From an uncultured Christensenella sp. (GTDB lineage: Bacteria > Bacillota > Clostridia > Christensenellales > UBA1242): a stretch of DNA of 64,000 nt. Location of the stretch: NCBI GenBank assembly GCA_910584815.1, contig CAJUBT010000006.1, forward strand, positions 6,371 through 70,370. Direction: 5' to 3'. Both the position numbers and the translations under genes were made by a program. Positions 8,178 to 17,826 of this stretch are shown here, in pieces; position 1 is the first letter of the stretch, and each line of letters begins with the position of its first letter. Under the pieces are notes generated by a model. It was not told the origin of the DNA. It worked only from the letters and a program-made list of their open reading frames with translations, and did no database searches.

Positions 8178-9488
8178 ATGGATAAAAATTTAATTTACAC
8201 TTTTGATAAAGATGGAGAAATGGTTTTAGGAGGAATAAAAGCCAGCAATTTGGTTAAGCAATATTCAACCCCACTTTACACTTTAAATGAACAGGTTGTG
8301 CGTAATAGATGTGAACTTTTTAAAAACATTTTAAATGAAGTTTACCCAAATAGCATTATTAGTTATGCTTCTAAGGCTTTTTGTTGTAAAGCCATATATA
8401 ATATTGTTAGCGAATATAATTTTGCGTGCGATGTTGTTTCTGGTGGTGAAATAGCAACAATATTACAAACCAATTTTAACACAACAAAAGTATATTTTCA
8501 CGGCAATAACAAAACTTTACAAGAAATTAACTTAGCTTTAAACAATAACATTTTCAATTTTATTGTTGATAATTTAGATGAACTTGAAACTCTTGAAGAA
8601 ATTGTTAACGAAAACAAAAAGTTTGAAAACAAAATTAACATAATTGTTAGAATAAATCCTGGAGTTGAAGCTCATACTCACGAATATGTTAAAACCAGTA
8701 AAACTGATAGTAAGTTTGGAATTAATTTAGAAAGTGGTGAGGCTGAAGAATTTATTTTAAGAGTTAACAAAAATAAAAAACTTAATTTTGTAGGTTTACA
8801 CTTCCACATAGGTAGCCAAATTTTTGAAAAAGAATCTTTTAGGTTAGCAACAGAAAAAACTATGCAATTTATAACCAAATTAAAAAAAGACCATAATATA
8901 CAAGTTTCTTTATTAAATGCTGGCGGTGGTTTTGGCGTTTGGTATAATGAAGATGATGCTAATTTAACAGATGAAGATTACAAAAAATTTATAGAAGTTA
9001 TTGCAAACGAAATTAAAAAAAGTGTAAAAGAAAACAACTTAATAGAACCTACTCTTGTTGTTGAGCCAGGCAGAAGTTTAGTTGCAGAAGCTGGCGTAAC
9101 ATTATATACAGTTGGGAACACAAAAGAAATTAAAGATATTAGAAAATATGTTTCTCTTGATGGTGGAATGTATGAAAACCCAAGGTTTGCACTATATCAG
9201 TCTAAATACACTGCACTAAAAACACAGCACACCACTAATGAAAAAGAAATTGTAACCCTTGTTGGTAAATGTTGTGAAAGTGGCGATCAAATTGTAAGAG
9301 ATGCAAATATTGAAAAACTTAAAAAGGGAGATATTGTTGCTGTTTTAACCACTGGAGCATATCACTACTCTATGGCAAGTAACTACAATCGCAACCCAGT
9401 TCCACCCGTTGTTTTATTAAACAATGGCGAAAGTAAAATTATAATTAAAGGGCAAACCTATAACGACCTATTAAAATTTGATGTTTAA
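8178..9488 (+). CDS. lysA: Diaminopimelate decarboxylase
   Basis: PLP fold-type III decarboxylase motifs are present: YASKAF (PLP lysine), GLHFHIGSQ, AGGGFGV and GKCCESGD. 436 aa. Confidence 0.85.
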   Translation: MDKNLIYTFDKDGEMVLGGIKASNLVKQYSTPLYTLNEQVVRNRCELFKNILNEVYPNSIISYASKAFCCKAIYNIVSEYNFACDVVSGGEIATILQTNFNTTKVYFHGNNKTLQEINLALNNNIFNFIVDNLDELETLEEIVNENKKFENKINIIVRINPGVEAHTHEYVKTSKTDSKFGINLESGEAEEFILRVNKNKKLNFVGLHFHIGSQIFEKESFRLATEKTMQFITKLKKDHNIQVSLLNAGGGFGVWYNEDDANLTDEDYKKFIEVIANEIKKSVKENNLIEPTLVVEPGRSLVAEAGVTLYTVGNTKEIKDIRKYVSLDGGMYENPRFALYQSKYTALKTQHTTNEKEIVTLVGKCCESGDQIVRDANIEKLKKGDIVAVLTTGAYHYSMASNYNRNPVPPVVLLNNGESKIIIKGQTYNDLLKFDV

Positions 9489-9697
9489 AATTTAACACAA
9501 TTAAATAATCTTTAAAAAATTAAAGATTTTACATAAACCATTTCAAAAACACTAAATACTTATACCCTCCTCCAACCATAAACACTTACACAAAAAAGTT
9601 AGAACAATAAAAATACCTTTTAATAAAGTTTATTAATATAAATTTATAATTCCAATAAAAAATTAAAATTTTAAAAAATTATCAAACCCGTTTAAAT

Positions 9698-9732
9698 ATA
9701 AAAAACCACCAAATTATATGGTGGTTTCTTTC
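9698..9732. terminator. Bidirectional hairpin terminator between convergent lysA and the 2240-aa gene
   Basis: AACCACC (9704-9710), loop AAATTATAT, GGTGGTT (9720-9726). An A-run lies upstream and T-rich sequence downstream. Confidence 0.5.
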
Positions 9733-9738
9733 TTATAA

Positions 9739-9776
9739 AAAGAAGAAGAAAAAATATATCTTTTCTTCTTCTTTTA
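9739..9776 (-). terminator. Terminator immediately after the 2240-aa gene
   Basis: A 12-bp stem pairs AGAAGAAGAAAA with TTTTCTTCTTCT (9741-9752 with 9761-9772). On the minus strand UUUUAU follows. It starts 3 nt after the TAG stop. Confidence 0.55.
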
Positions 9777-9778
9777 AA

Positions 9779-12700
9779 CTAAGTAGTAAACTTCACATAA
9801 ATATAGTCGCTTTCTTCAAAATCGTTACCACTAACAGTTAATCGGTATTCCTTTGTAATGTCAAATTCATATTTAGATTCATCTGTAATAACCTTTTCTA
9901 TTACATAGGAGTTACCTACTCGAACTCTAATTGTTAAACTCAAATTATTTATTTGTTCTTGAACTAAGTTTACAAATACATTTGTGCCATAAGTTGAAAT
10001 TGTAATTGTATCTCCTTGAATTACTGGGGTATCTTTCTGTCCTGTAAATGTGAAGGCTTCAAAATAATTTGATGCATCATAAGGAGAATCACCCTTCTTA
10101 ACCTCAAACTCTATTTCAGTTAAAACATTATACCAGTTTGCAGGAATGCCATCATACTCAGCCCTTTTCAAAGTGTTAGTAGGCACAGCTTCTGCATTCA
10201 TTCCAATTTTAACATAATCGAAATACTTAACTAAATCGTAAGTGCTTGTGTAAGCAAGTCCTAAATGCAATTTATATTTTCCAGCTTTTACAATTTGATC
10301 TGTAATAGTATTATTACTATCAGTAAAGAAAATTTGTAAATAAACACCATATTCAGGTTTATATAAACCATTATAATACAAAGTGTTATAAACATTACTT
10401 GAACTAGATTCAAAATCTTGTTTAATAATTATTAAATCTTTTAAATAATTTTCATAAAGTTTACCACTATTACCTGCTAAATTATTTAATAGGTTACTAC
10501 CTGTATATCTTATATTGCTATACATCCAATCGTTAACATTTTTGATGTAAACATATAAGGTATTCATCTTTTCAATTTTAAATGTATTGAAAGGTTCGCC
10601 AAGACCTTCTGTCATATAATTGGCGCCACCCTTTATTTTATAAAAAGATTTATAATTTGTGCCTGGCTCTATAGGTGCTGAAATATTATCGCCAATGTTA
10701 TTTAAATATTCATATCTTAATTCAAAAATAACATTAAACATATTATCCATTAAAACTATATGAGGATCTTTAATTATATTGCCATAGGCATCTGTAACCT
10801 CTTTTATTGAACGGAAATGATATTTATACTCTCCTACTGTGGCAGTATAATCTTCTTTATCTGGGTTAAGAGGTATATTTAGAGTTTTATCTTTATAATA
10901 AATATAGTTATGTTTAGGGTAACCATCGTAGGTGTAGGTGTTCCCAATGTTGATGTCAAAATCGTTCATTGTTAAAGTCTTTTTCTTTATTGTTAGAATA
11001 GCATCTCTTTGAACAGAATCTATTGTTTCATCATCAAATTCAACAACAAAGGTAATGTAATGTTGACCTTCCTCGCTAAGTTCTTTTAACCAGCCAAGTT
11101 GTTCTGGTCTTGTTATGTTACTATAATCTATTTGAGTGTCAACAGTTATTAATCTGCTTTCATCTACTGGCACACCTTGTGGATAAGAACCAATATACAT
11201 TTTAACATTGTAACCACCATCACTATCTATTCTAAACATTCCCCTTTCTATATCTTTATAAAAATCTGGTTGTTTATAAAGTGGATTATAAGTTAAAATT
11301 GTGTTTTGCACCCTTATGGAACCTGTAAAAGTTCGTTGAATAATACTATATTCAAATTCGCCACAACCATAATAGTTATCTTTATTAAAAGCATCGGTTG
11401 TGCCATATTCCATTCTAAGCAGGTAGTTTCCAATATTCCAAGGTGCAGTATTGTTACCATCTTTATCTAAAACTAGGGTTGGGTTCCCTTTTTCATCTAA
11501 GTTATCCCTATCATAATAACTTAAAAGAATGCCCTTGCTTTGTGTGCTATTTGGGTCATAGAAGAAGCTTTCAATAGCCACACCAGCATTATCCTTACGC
11601 ACAATTCTTATGTTTGATAAGAAAGAATCTACTTTAGCATTTTGCCCTATATAAACATAGTTTTTAACAAGAGGGAATATAAAATCTACTCTTAGTTTTT
11701 CTATCTCAAAAGTTGGTCTGCTTACCCAATAATAGTTTTCGGTATTTATAGTTAATACTGCAGTATATTCCCCAACATTTAAATAGCCACTGGTTGAAAG
11801 GTCTTCATAATTATCCATTGATATTACAACATATTGCTTTAAATAACTTGGACGAATGTTATATTCAAAAGGTAAATCTTGGTTTTTAAAATCGAACCTA
11901 GTTGAATAATAAAAACTTTTTTTCCAATCTTTCTCTGGGTTAAATGTAATGTTTTCGGATTTCTTTATTTCAAATAAAGTTGCATATTGTACACTTGCAC
12001 TTGTACTATTGCCATAGAAAGAGAATGTAAAATTTTCATAAGTATTGCAAGTTGCTATACAAATGTATACCCCTGCATTTTCTGGGCTAATACTTCCAGT
12101 GTTTTCGCTTTCCATAATAAAGGCATACTGATTGTTTATAATAGCGTATCTTGTGCCTGCATTTTGTTTAATTTCAAAGGAAGTTATATTATTCGAACCA
12201 ATAGATGAAATAGGCATTGTGCTTATAGTTGGGTCGAAATGCTCAGTATCTCCATTATTATAATAATCCCTATAACGAAGGTTAGCAGATCTACTTAAAT
12301 GATTTTCATCCCCATAAGTAACAGATAACCTTTGGTAACTATAAGTAGTTGTGTATAAGTTTCTTTTTTTACCATCTTCATCTAAATCTCCAGATGTTGA
12401 TAATGCCAAATTTACAGATTTTAGTGAACCATCGTAAGTTAAATTTTCAATACTTGGTTCATTTTTTATTGTAAAATTATTACCTTGAACTTCAATAGGT
12501 TTTGGAACAACTTTAAGAGGTACCGCTGTAATTGTTAAAGTTTCGTAGTTACTATCAACATCTCCAATTGCTCGATTTTCGTTTTTATCTCTATCCTGTT
12601 CGTTAAGTGTATCAATAACTTTTTGCACACTTACCATTATGTTATAGGTATAGTTTGCTTGGAAATTTGAAATTGAATAACCAATGCCCAAGAAATTAAG

Positions 12701-15700
12701 TTTTCTTGAATTGGTGCCACCATATTCTTTAACATCATAATCTCTTAAAGTAACTCTTTCTCCATTAACACCTTCAAAAATAGCTTCGTTAATAGCGTTT
12801 GAAGTTTTTAATCTAGGAAGCCATTTATCTTCATAAACAAAGTTATCTAAAAACTCAGGATTATTTTTAATTGTTATTTGTGCTTTTAAAATGTTTAAGT
12901 ATCCAAGGCTTGAAATGTTAACAACAGCATTCCCCTGCATTTCAGACAATGTATCTTTAGTGAAAGTAATTTTTTTGTATTCTTCTGCTTGTGCATTATT
13001 ATTAATAATAACCAGTTTATCGCCTTCCTGAGATAAATCTAAACTGGCAACATAATTTCCTGCATTAATTGGGTTTTCACCACTCCATTCACCTTTACGG
13101 AAAATAAACCTAAACTGACTTTCTTCATAATCTATTTCATAATGCTCGGTGGTGCTTATTAATTTAAATATATCTGTAAATGCTTCCCCTTTATAAGTTG
13201 CTTGATAGGTGGAAGTTTTTATGTTACTTTCTTCAAAAGCCATTTTATCTACAATAGATAAATATACTATTGCCATATTAATGCGATAAACAATATCTGC
13301 ACCCATTTTAATACTATAATTATCTTTAACCTCTGTGCCATTTAACATTATGCTTAAATCGAATTGATTTACATTGCAATAGTAGTTGTTAGAAGCATTA
13401 AGCAAAATATTTAAAGTTGTTACTACATTACCAACTAAATTTGAAACTGTATAAAATTCACTTGCTAAAACAAAGTTTTCAGTTTCTACAGTGCCTAAAT
13501 TTTCCCTTTGTTGTGCAATAATGTTAATAGACACATCGCGTTTAGTTATTGTAAAAGTAGCAGTTTCAGAAAACTCAATAGTGTAGTTATTAGTGCCACA
13601 ATTAAAGGAACCTTGCGCTATGCTATAACTTTTAACAACATCATCTACAACATTTACAGGGTAAAACCCTGCACTATCTCTTGTAATTATGCTTCCATCT
13701 TCACTATTCACAATACTGAACTCTCCACTGAAAACAGGAGCAACTAAAAGGCTTGAGTTATAACCTGGTTCAATAACATAGTTATATAAAGGTTTTACAT
13801 CATTTTCTCCATAAACATAAGAGTAGGAATATGGATTAACTGTAATTTTTCTTGGAGTGATTTTAAAAACTGCAAGGTTGGCACTAAGTTTAAGGTCGTA
13901 GTTAATTCCAAAACTTAAAGTTCCTAAACCTATTGCATATTCTCCAACATCCTCACCAGCAGTTCTTTCTAATGCTCCTGTGTATTCTTCATCATCATTT
14001 CCAGGAAGGTTAGACCAAGTAAAAGTAAAGTCTGGGTCCTCTGCTCCATAAATTTTGCTAAGCCCTAAATCTATAGTAATTAAAACGGAGGCTTTGGTAA
14101 TTTCATAACTATAAATTTCACTATCATCTAAAACAAGGTCGTAGTATTCCATATCTTCTCTATAAGAAAAACTATCTATCAAGAAAATTTTATATCTACC
14201 TACATCAATAAAGGAACTGCATTCTTCATACACGCCATCGCTGTTTAATTTATAGTAGGTATCATTTTTATAAATTGTTAACAAACTTGTGGAGTTAACA
14301 ACAATTTCATCTAAGTTAACAACTTCACCATTTTCATCTACAGCGGAATATAAATTTCCAGTTACTGAATCAAAAATTTCAGTTCCATTATCGGTATTAT
14401 CAAAGACTTTGCTAAAGCGAACATCTTTGTTTGGTAAAACTGTTACTCTGTTTTTGGTTAAACTTAAGGTAACTGGTAATAGTTTAGCCTCATAATTGCT
14501 TCTTACAGCACCATCACTGGTTTGCCATCTATTTTCTTCCATTATAATATTGTAAGAAATAAAGTAGTTTGGATCTTTAATAATATTACTATCAACGCTA
14601 ATTTCAAAATAAAATTTGCCACCTGTTTCAAGGTTAATTCTACCTTGTTGCCCAGCGTTACCATCTTCAATTGTTGAAATATCTGCTAGTTTTCCACCAA
14701 CTGTTACACTTTCTAGTTCCAATTTATAATCTTCTGCATTGCCATAATAATTTACAGTATGTAATTGACTTTTTGGAGTTTTATACCTAGCAACCAAATC
14801 TTTTAACTTAATTTCAATTTGGCAAGGTTTAATTTCAAAAGTAACTTTATTTGTTCCTGCTGTTCCGCCAACTTCAACAGCACTTTCATCTAGTTTAAAG
14901 TTATAGTTTAAATTTAAACTATCATCAATATCATAATAATATAATCCAGCATTGGCAAGGTAATTACCTTCGCCAAGTTCATCGCCTTCAACAAAGTTAT
15001 ATTTTATGCTTAATGGATTAACAATTTTATCGTGGTTAACAACACTACCACCAACAACACTATAAGTTATGGTTTCTGGGTCAGCTGTGCCATAAACTTT
15101 GCTTTGGTTCATTGTTGGTAAAATAGAAACATCTCTTGGCTCTATTTGCAATGCTCCACTTAAAACCTTTTTTAAAATTAGGTTTCTTCCTGTTGTAGCA
15201 TTATCGAAAGCAATTTCATAAATTCCATACTTGCCATATTCGCTGTTCTCATCTTTTGATAGTAAAACATCTAATTGCCCAACACTGTTTTTAATTGCAA
15301 CTTTACCATCTACTTTATAAACTGCACTGCCAAGGGAAACATCTCTAGTGTAATCTACATCAGAACTATTTAAAACCTTGCATAAAGTTAAATCTTCATT
15401 ATTCTCTAAATATTCACTATAGGAATAAAGTTCAAAACCATTTTTAATTTTATCGCCATAAGAAATTGCATTATCTCCAATTTGATTTTTACCCTTTAAA
15501 ATTACTTCTTTTGCGGTAATGCGTAAAGAGCCCTCTTCAACATCAAAATCGGTTTCATAATTCTGTAGGTGTTTACTAAACAAACTCATTTTAACTGTAA
15601 CAGGATAAAGCCCCACTCCAGAACCTACATTTGCACTTGTAATTTCAACATATCTGCCAATACTTTCGCCTTTTTCTCTGCCAACGCCATATAAAATTTT

Positions 15701-16495
15701 TGTGGCTTTTGTTTCGGCGATAACATTATCAGCAATTTCATTTTCGTTATACAGCCCTTCTGAGAAAGCATCTCCATAACAAGTTTCAAAAGAATCTAAT
15801 TTAAAATTAACTTTATATTTGTTAACAATTAAGAAGGTTTCAGCATAAGAATTTTCTTCTTCAGGGTTTGTACAAGTTATCCAATACTTACCACAATCAA
15901 TAATGTTTTTAACCTCTGTTGGAGTGCCGCCTTTATCCTCGTTAATTTTATAATAAGTATATTTATAATTACCCTCTTCATCGCCAATAACTCTGTAGTT
16001 TGTTTCCAAATTCTCCCCTGTATAAGTGGATTTGTATGTATATTCGCTAAACTTTAACGAATTAGTGTTATCGCTAACTAATAAAGAAATTGAGTTTGTA
16101 ACATTAATTTTATCTTTCCTTAAATAACTTGCAGTTATTTTTGCTTGCCCAACTCCATCGCCAAAAATAATAAAGGCACTTTTATCTCTTACTCTAACTT
16201 CTTTAACAATTTCTCTTTCTTCATTATTAGTGCCAGAAAAGTTTTTAATTTCAAACTTTAAATTGCTTGGAGAGTAGTTATTTGGGGTAATTTCAACGCT
16301 AAGAGGCACCCTTTTTTCTCCGCTACTTGTAGAAGATAAAATTGATTTATCTATTGTGTAATAACCTTCTGTTAACTTATAATTTGGTATAGACAAACTA
16401 ATGCTTTTAATTTCATCTTCGCCACAGGCAAAAAATGAAAATATAGCAATAAAAACTATAGGAACTATTAAAAAGTATTTTAAGAACTTTTTCAT
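9779..16495 (-). CDS. Giant surface (lipo)protein with Big_2-like, MBG (YGX-type) and Ig-like repeat modules, ~2238 aa
   Basis: The track starts at TTG 16501. I prefer ATG 16495, because GGGGTGA lies 10 nt upstream. That start gives MKKFLKYFLIVPIVFIAIFSFFAC|GEDE, a lipobox-like site. MBG-type motifs include KVYGTADPETITYSV, KIYGAEDPDFTFTW...ERTAGEDVGEYAI and YVYGENDVKPLY. Repeated Y[DN]G...AG.Y...NY modules follow. No C-terminal TM helix or LPXTG was seen. Confidence 0.8.
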   Translation of the reverse strand: MKKFLKYFLIVPIVFIAIFSFFACGEDEIKSISLSIPNYKLTEGYYTIDKSILSSTSSGEKRVPLSVEITPNNYSPSNLKFEIKNFSGTNNEEREIVKEVRVRDKSAFIIFGDGVGQAKITASYLRKDKINVTNSISLLVSDNTNSLKFSEYTYKSTYTGENLETNYRVIGDEEGNYKYTYYKINEDKGGTPTEVKNIIDCGKYWITCTNPEEENSYAETFLIVNKYKVNFKLDSFETCYGDAFSEGLYNENEIADNVIAETKATKILYGVGREKGESIGRYVEITSANVGSGVGLYPVTVKMSLFSKHLQNYETDFDVEEGSLRITAKEVILKGKNQIGDNAISYGDKIKNGFELYSYSEYLENNEDLTLCKVLNSSDVDYTRDVSLGSAVYKVDGKVAIKNSVGQLDVLLSKDENSEYGKYGIYEIAFDNATTGRNLILKKVLSGALQIEPRDVSILPTMNQSKVYGTADPETITYSVVGGSVVNHDKIVNPLSIKYNFVEGDELGEGNYLANAGLYYYDIDDSLNLNYNFKLDESAVEVGGTAGTNKVTFEIKPCQIEIKLKDLVARYKTPKSQLHTVNYYGNAEDYKLELESVTVGGKLADISTIEDGNAGQQGRINLETGGKFYFEISVDSNIIKDPNYFISYNIIMEENRWQTSDGAVRSNYEAKLLPVTLSLTKNRVTVLPNKDVRFSKVFDNTDNGTEIFDSVTGNLYSAVDENGEVVNLDEIVVNSTSLLTIYKNDTYYKLNSDGVYEECSSFIDVGRYKIFLIDSFSYREDMEYYDLVLDDSEIYSYEITKASVLITIDLGLSKIYGAEDPDFTFTWSNLPGNDDEEYTGALERTAGEDVGEYAIGLGTLSFGINYDLKLSANLAVFKITPRKITVNPYSYSYVYGENDVKPLYNYVIEPGYNSSLLVAPVFSGEFSIVNSEDGSIITRDSAGFYPVNVVDDVVKSYSIAQGSFNCGTNNYTIEFSETATFTITKRDVSINIIAQQRENLGTVETENFVLASEFYTVSNLVGNVVTTLNILLNASNNYYCNVNQFDLSIMLNGTEVKDNYSIKMGADIVYRINMAIVYLSIVDKMAFEESNIKTSTYQATYKGEAFTDIFKLISTTEHYEIDYEESQFRFIFRKGEWSGENPINAGNYVASLDLSQEGDKLVIINNNAQAEEYKKITFTKDTLSEMQGNAVVNISSLGYLNILKAQITIKNNPEFLDNFVYEDKWLPRLKTSNAINEAIFEGVNGERVTLRDYDVKEYGGTNSRKLNFLGIGYSISNFQANYTYNIMVSVQKVIDTLNEQDRDKNENRAIGDVDSNYETLTITAVPLKVVPKPIEVQGNNFTIKNEPSIENLTYDGSLKSVNLALSTSGDLDEDGKKRNLYTTTYSYQRLSVTYGDENHLSRSANLRYRDYYNNGDTEHFDPTISTMPISSIGSNNITSFEIKQNAGTRYAIINNQYAFIMESENTGSISPENAGVYICIATCNTYENFTFSFYGNSTSASVQYATLFEIKKSENITFNPEKDWKKSFYYSTRFDFKNQDLPFEYNIRPSYLKQYVVISMDNYEDLSTSGYLNVGEYTAVLTINTENYYWVSRPTFEIEKLRVDFIFPLVKNYVYIGQNAKVDSFLSNIRIVRKDNAGVAIESFFYDPNSTQSKGILLSYYDRDNLDEKGNPTLVLDKDGNNTAPWNIGNYLLRMEYGTTDAFNKDNYYGCGEFEYSIIQRTFTGSIRVQNTILTYNPLYKQPDFYKDIERGMFRIDSDGGYNVKMYIGSYPQGVPVDESRLITVDTQIDYSNITRPEQLGWLKELSEEGQHYITFVVEFDDETIDSVQRDAILTIKKKTLTMNDFDINIGNTYTYDGYPKHNYIYYKDKTLNIPLNPDKEDYTATVGEYKYHFRSIKEVTDAYGNIIKDPHIVLMDNMFNVIFELRYEYLNNIGDNISAPIEPGTNYKSFYKIKGGANYMTEGLGEPFNTFKIEKMNTLYVYIKNVNDWMYSNIRYTGSNLLNNLAGNSGKLYENYLKDLIIIKQDFESSSSNVYNTLYYNGLYKPEYGVYLQIFFTDSNNTITDQIVKAGKYKLHLGLAYTSTYDLVKYFDYVKIGMNAEAVPTNTLKRAEYDGIPANWYNVLTEIEFEVKKGDSPYDASNYFEAFTFTGQKDTPVIQGDTITISTYGTNVFVNLVQEQINNLSLTIRVRVGNSYVIEKVITDESKYEFDITKEYRLTVSGNDFEESDYIYVKFTT

Positions 16496-16527
16496 AGACA
16501 AAACTTCACCCCATTTTTAATAATAAT

Positions 16528-16555
16528 AGTATATAATATATTGTTTTTCTTTCAA
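16528..16555 (-). promoter_or_regulatory. Promoter of the 2240-aa gene
   Basis: Minus strand has TTGAAA (16555-16550), a 16-nt spacer and TATACT (16533-16528). Confidence 0.45.
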
Positions 16556-17023
16556 AATAAAAAATGTATTTTATTTGTATTTTTGTGCGGAAGATAAAGT
16601 TTTTTGCAACCTAAATTTAAAACAAATTATTAATTTTTTAAAGTAATTTTTGTATAATTTTTCTATAATTTTTTTAATAATAAAAACAATTAAATAAGCA
16701 TATTTAAATTTAAAATTGTTTATTTTTCATAAATTTTAAAAAACACAAGTTTTAGGTTTAAAATATAATAAAAAAACAGTTTTGTTTTTACTTTTAACAA
16801 AAGTGTTTTATTTAAATATTTACAGGCAAATGTTTTTCTATTTTTATAAGTTCATTAATATGGTTATTTAAAAACAAAAAATTAAACGAAGGGTTTAACA
16901 TTAATAATTTTAACTTATATTATTTAAATTATAAAAATTTAATTGTTTGCAATATAAAACTTTTAAATATGTTTAATATAAAAAAATAGCTTAACTATTT
17001 ACTTAAGGTTTTAACTTTTTTTA

Positions 17024-17052
17024 TTGCTAACACAAAAAAAATGTTGTATAAT
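17024..17052 (+). promoter_or_regulatory. dtd promoter (extended -10)
   Basis: TTGCTA (17024-17029), a 17-nt spacer ending TG, and TATAAT (17047-17052). The spacer contains an A8 tract. Confidence 0.55.
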
Positions 17053-17087
17053 TTTTTTATTAAATTTATAAAAGGCAAAAATTAAAA

Positions 17088-17540
17088 ATGAAAGCCGTTG
17101 TGCAAAGATGTTTAAACGCAAGTGTTGAAGTTAATAAAAAAATTGTAGGCAACATTAACAAGGGGTTTGTTGTTTTTTTAGGGGTTGGCAAACAAGATAC
17201 TGAAGAAGACTTAGACTACCTTGTTAAAAAAATTTCTGGACTTAGAATTTTTGAAGATGAAAACGAAAAAATGAATTTAAACATTTCACAGGTAGATGGG
17301 GAAATGTTAGTAATAAGCAACTTTACTTTATATGCAAACACTTCTAGAGGTTTTCGACCAGATTTCTTTAACGCTATGATGCCCCAAAGGGCAGAAGAAT
17401 TTGTAAATTTATTTATAGAAAAATGTAAAAACACAAATTGTTTTAAAAAAATTAACACTGGCATTTTTGGTGCAGATATGTGTGTTAAAGTAACAAACGA
17501 TGGTCCTGTAACAATAATAATAGAAAGTGAAAATAAATAA
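17088..17540 (+). CDS. dtd: D-aminoacyl-tRNA deacylase
   Basis: 150 aa. It has N-terminal MKAVVQRC, a central ISNFTLYA motif and C-terminal NDGPVTIIIES, all typical of Dtd. Confidence 0.85.
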   Translation: MKAVVQRCLNASVEVNKKIVGNINKGFVVFLGVGKQDTEEDLDYLVKKISGLRIFEDENEKMNLNISQVDGEMLVISNFTLYANTSRGFRPDFFNAMMPQRAEEFVNLFIEKCKNTNCFKKINTGIFGADMCVKVTNDGPVTIIIESENK

Positions 17541-17826
17541 ATTAAATAATTAATTTTTACTTTTAAAATTTTTATTACACTTAATAAATTATCTTAGTTA
17601 GAAGAACATTAACTCTTTTAACTAGTTTAATTTGGTTAATTTTATAAACTTATAATCATTAAAAAATATAAAATAAAAAGTGAATAGTAAATTATTAAAA
17701 CAAAATTAAAATTTTAATTGTTAGCACAACTTTTTAAAACTTATTTTATTGATTAAAAACAAAATTTAAAAAAATTTTTAAACCGATAATTTTAAAACTT
17801 ATAAAAATATAAATGGAGAAAAAGAA

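Noticed and set aside
16496-16501. Longer N-terminal extensions used by the ORF track: TTG at 16501, TTG at 61973 and ATG at 61016.
   Set aside because: The downstream ATGs at 16495, 62018 and 60971 have better SD spacing. They yield canonical signal-peptide or TM N-termini, and for 62018 the predicted promoter lies inside the extension. Start sites remain predictions.
17541-17826. I looked for a T-box leader upstream of metG, a lysine (L-box) riboswitch upstream of lysA (7976-8177) and a c-di-AMP riboswitch upstream of ktrB.
   Set aside because: None of the conserved GC-containing cores is present, for example the T-box sequence AGGGTGGTACCGCG-like. The regions are almost pure A/T, and the lysA promoter leaves only a ~16-nt leader. 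An Rfam scan would be the decisive check.
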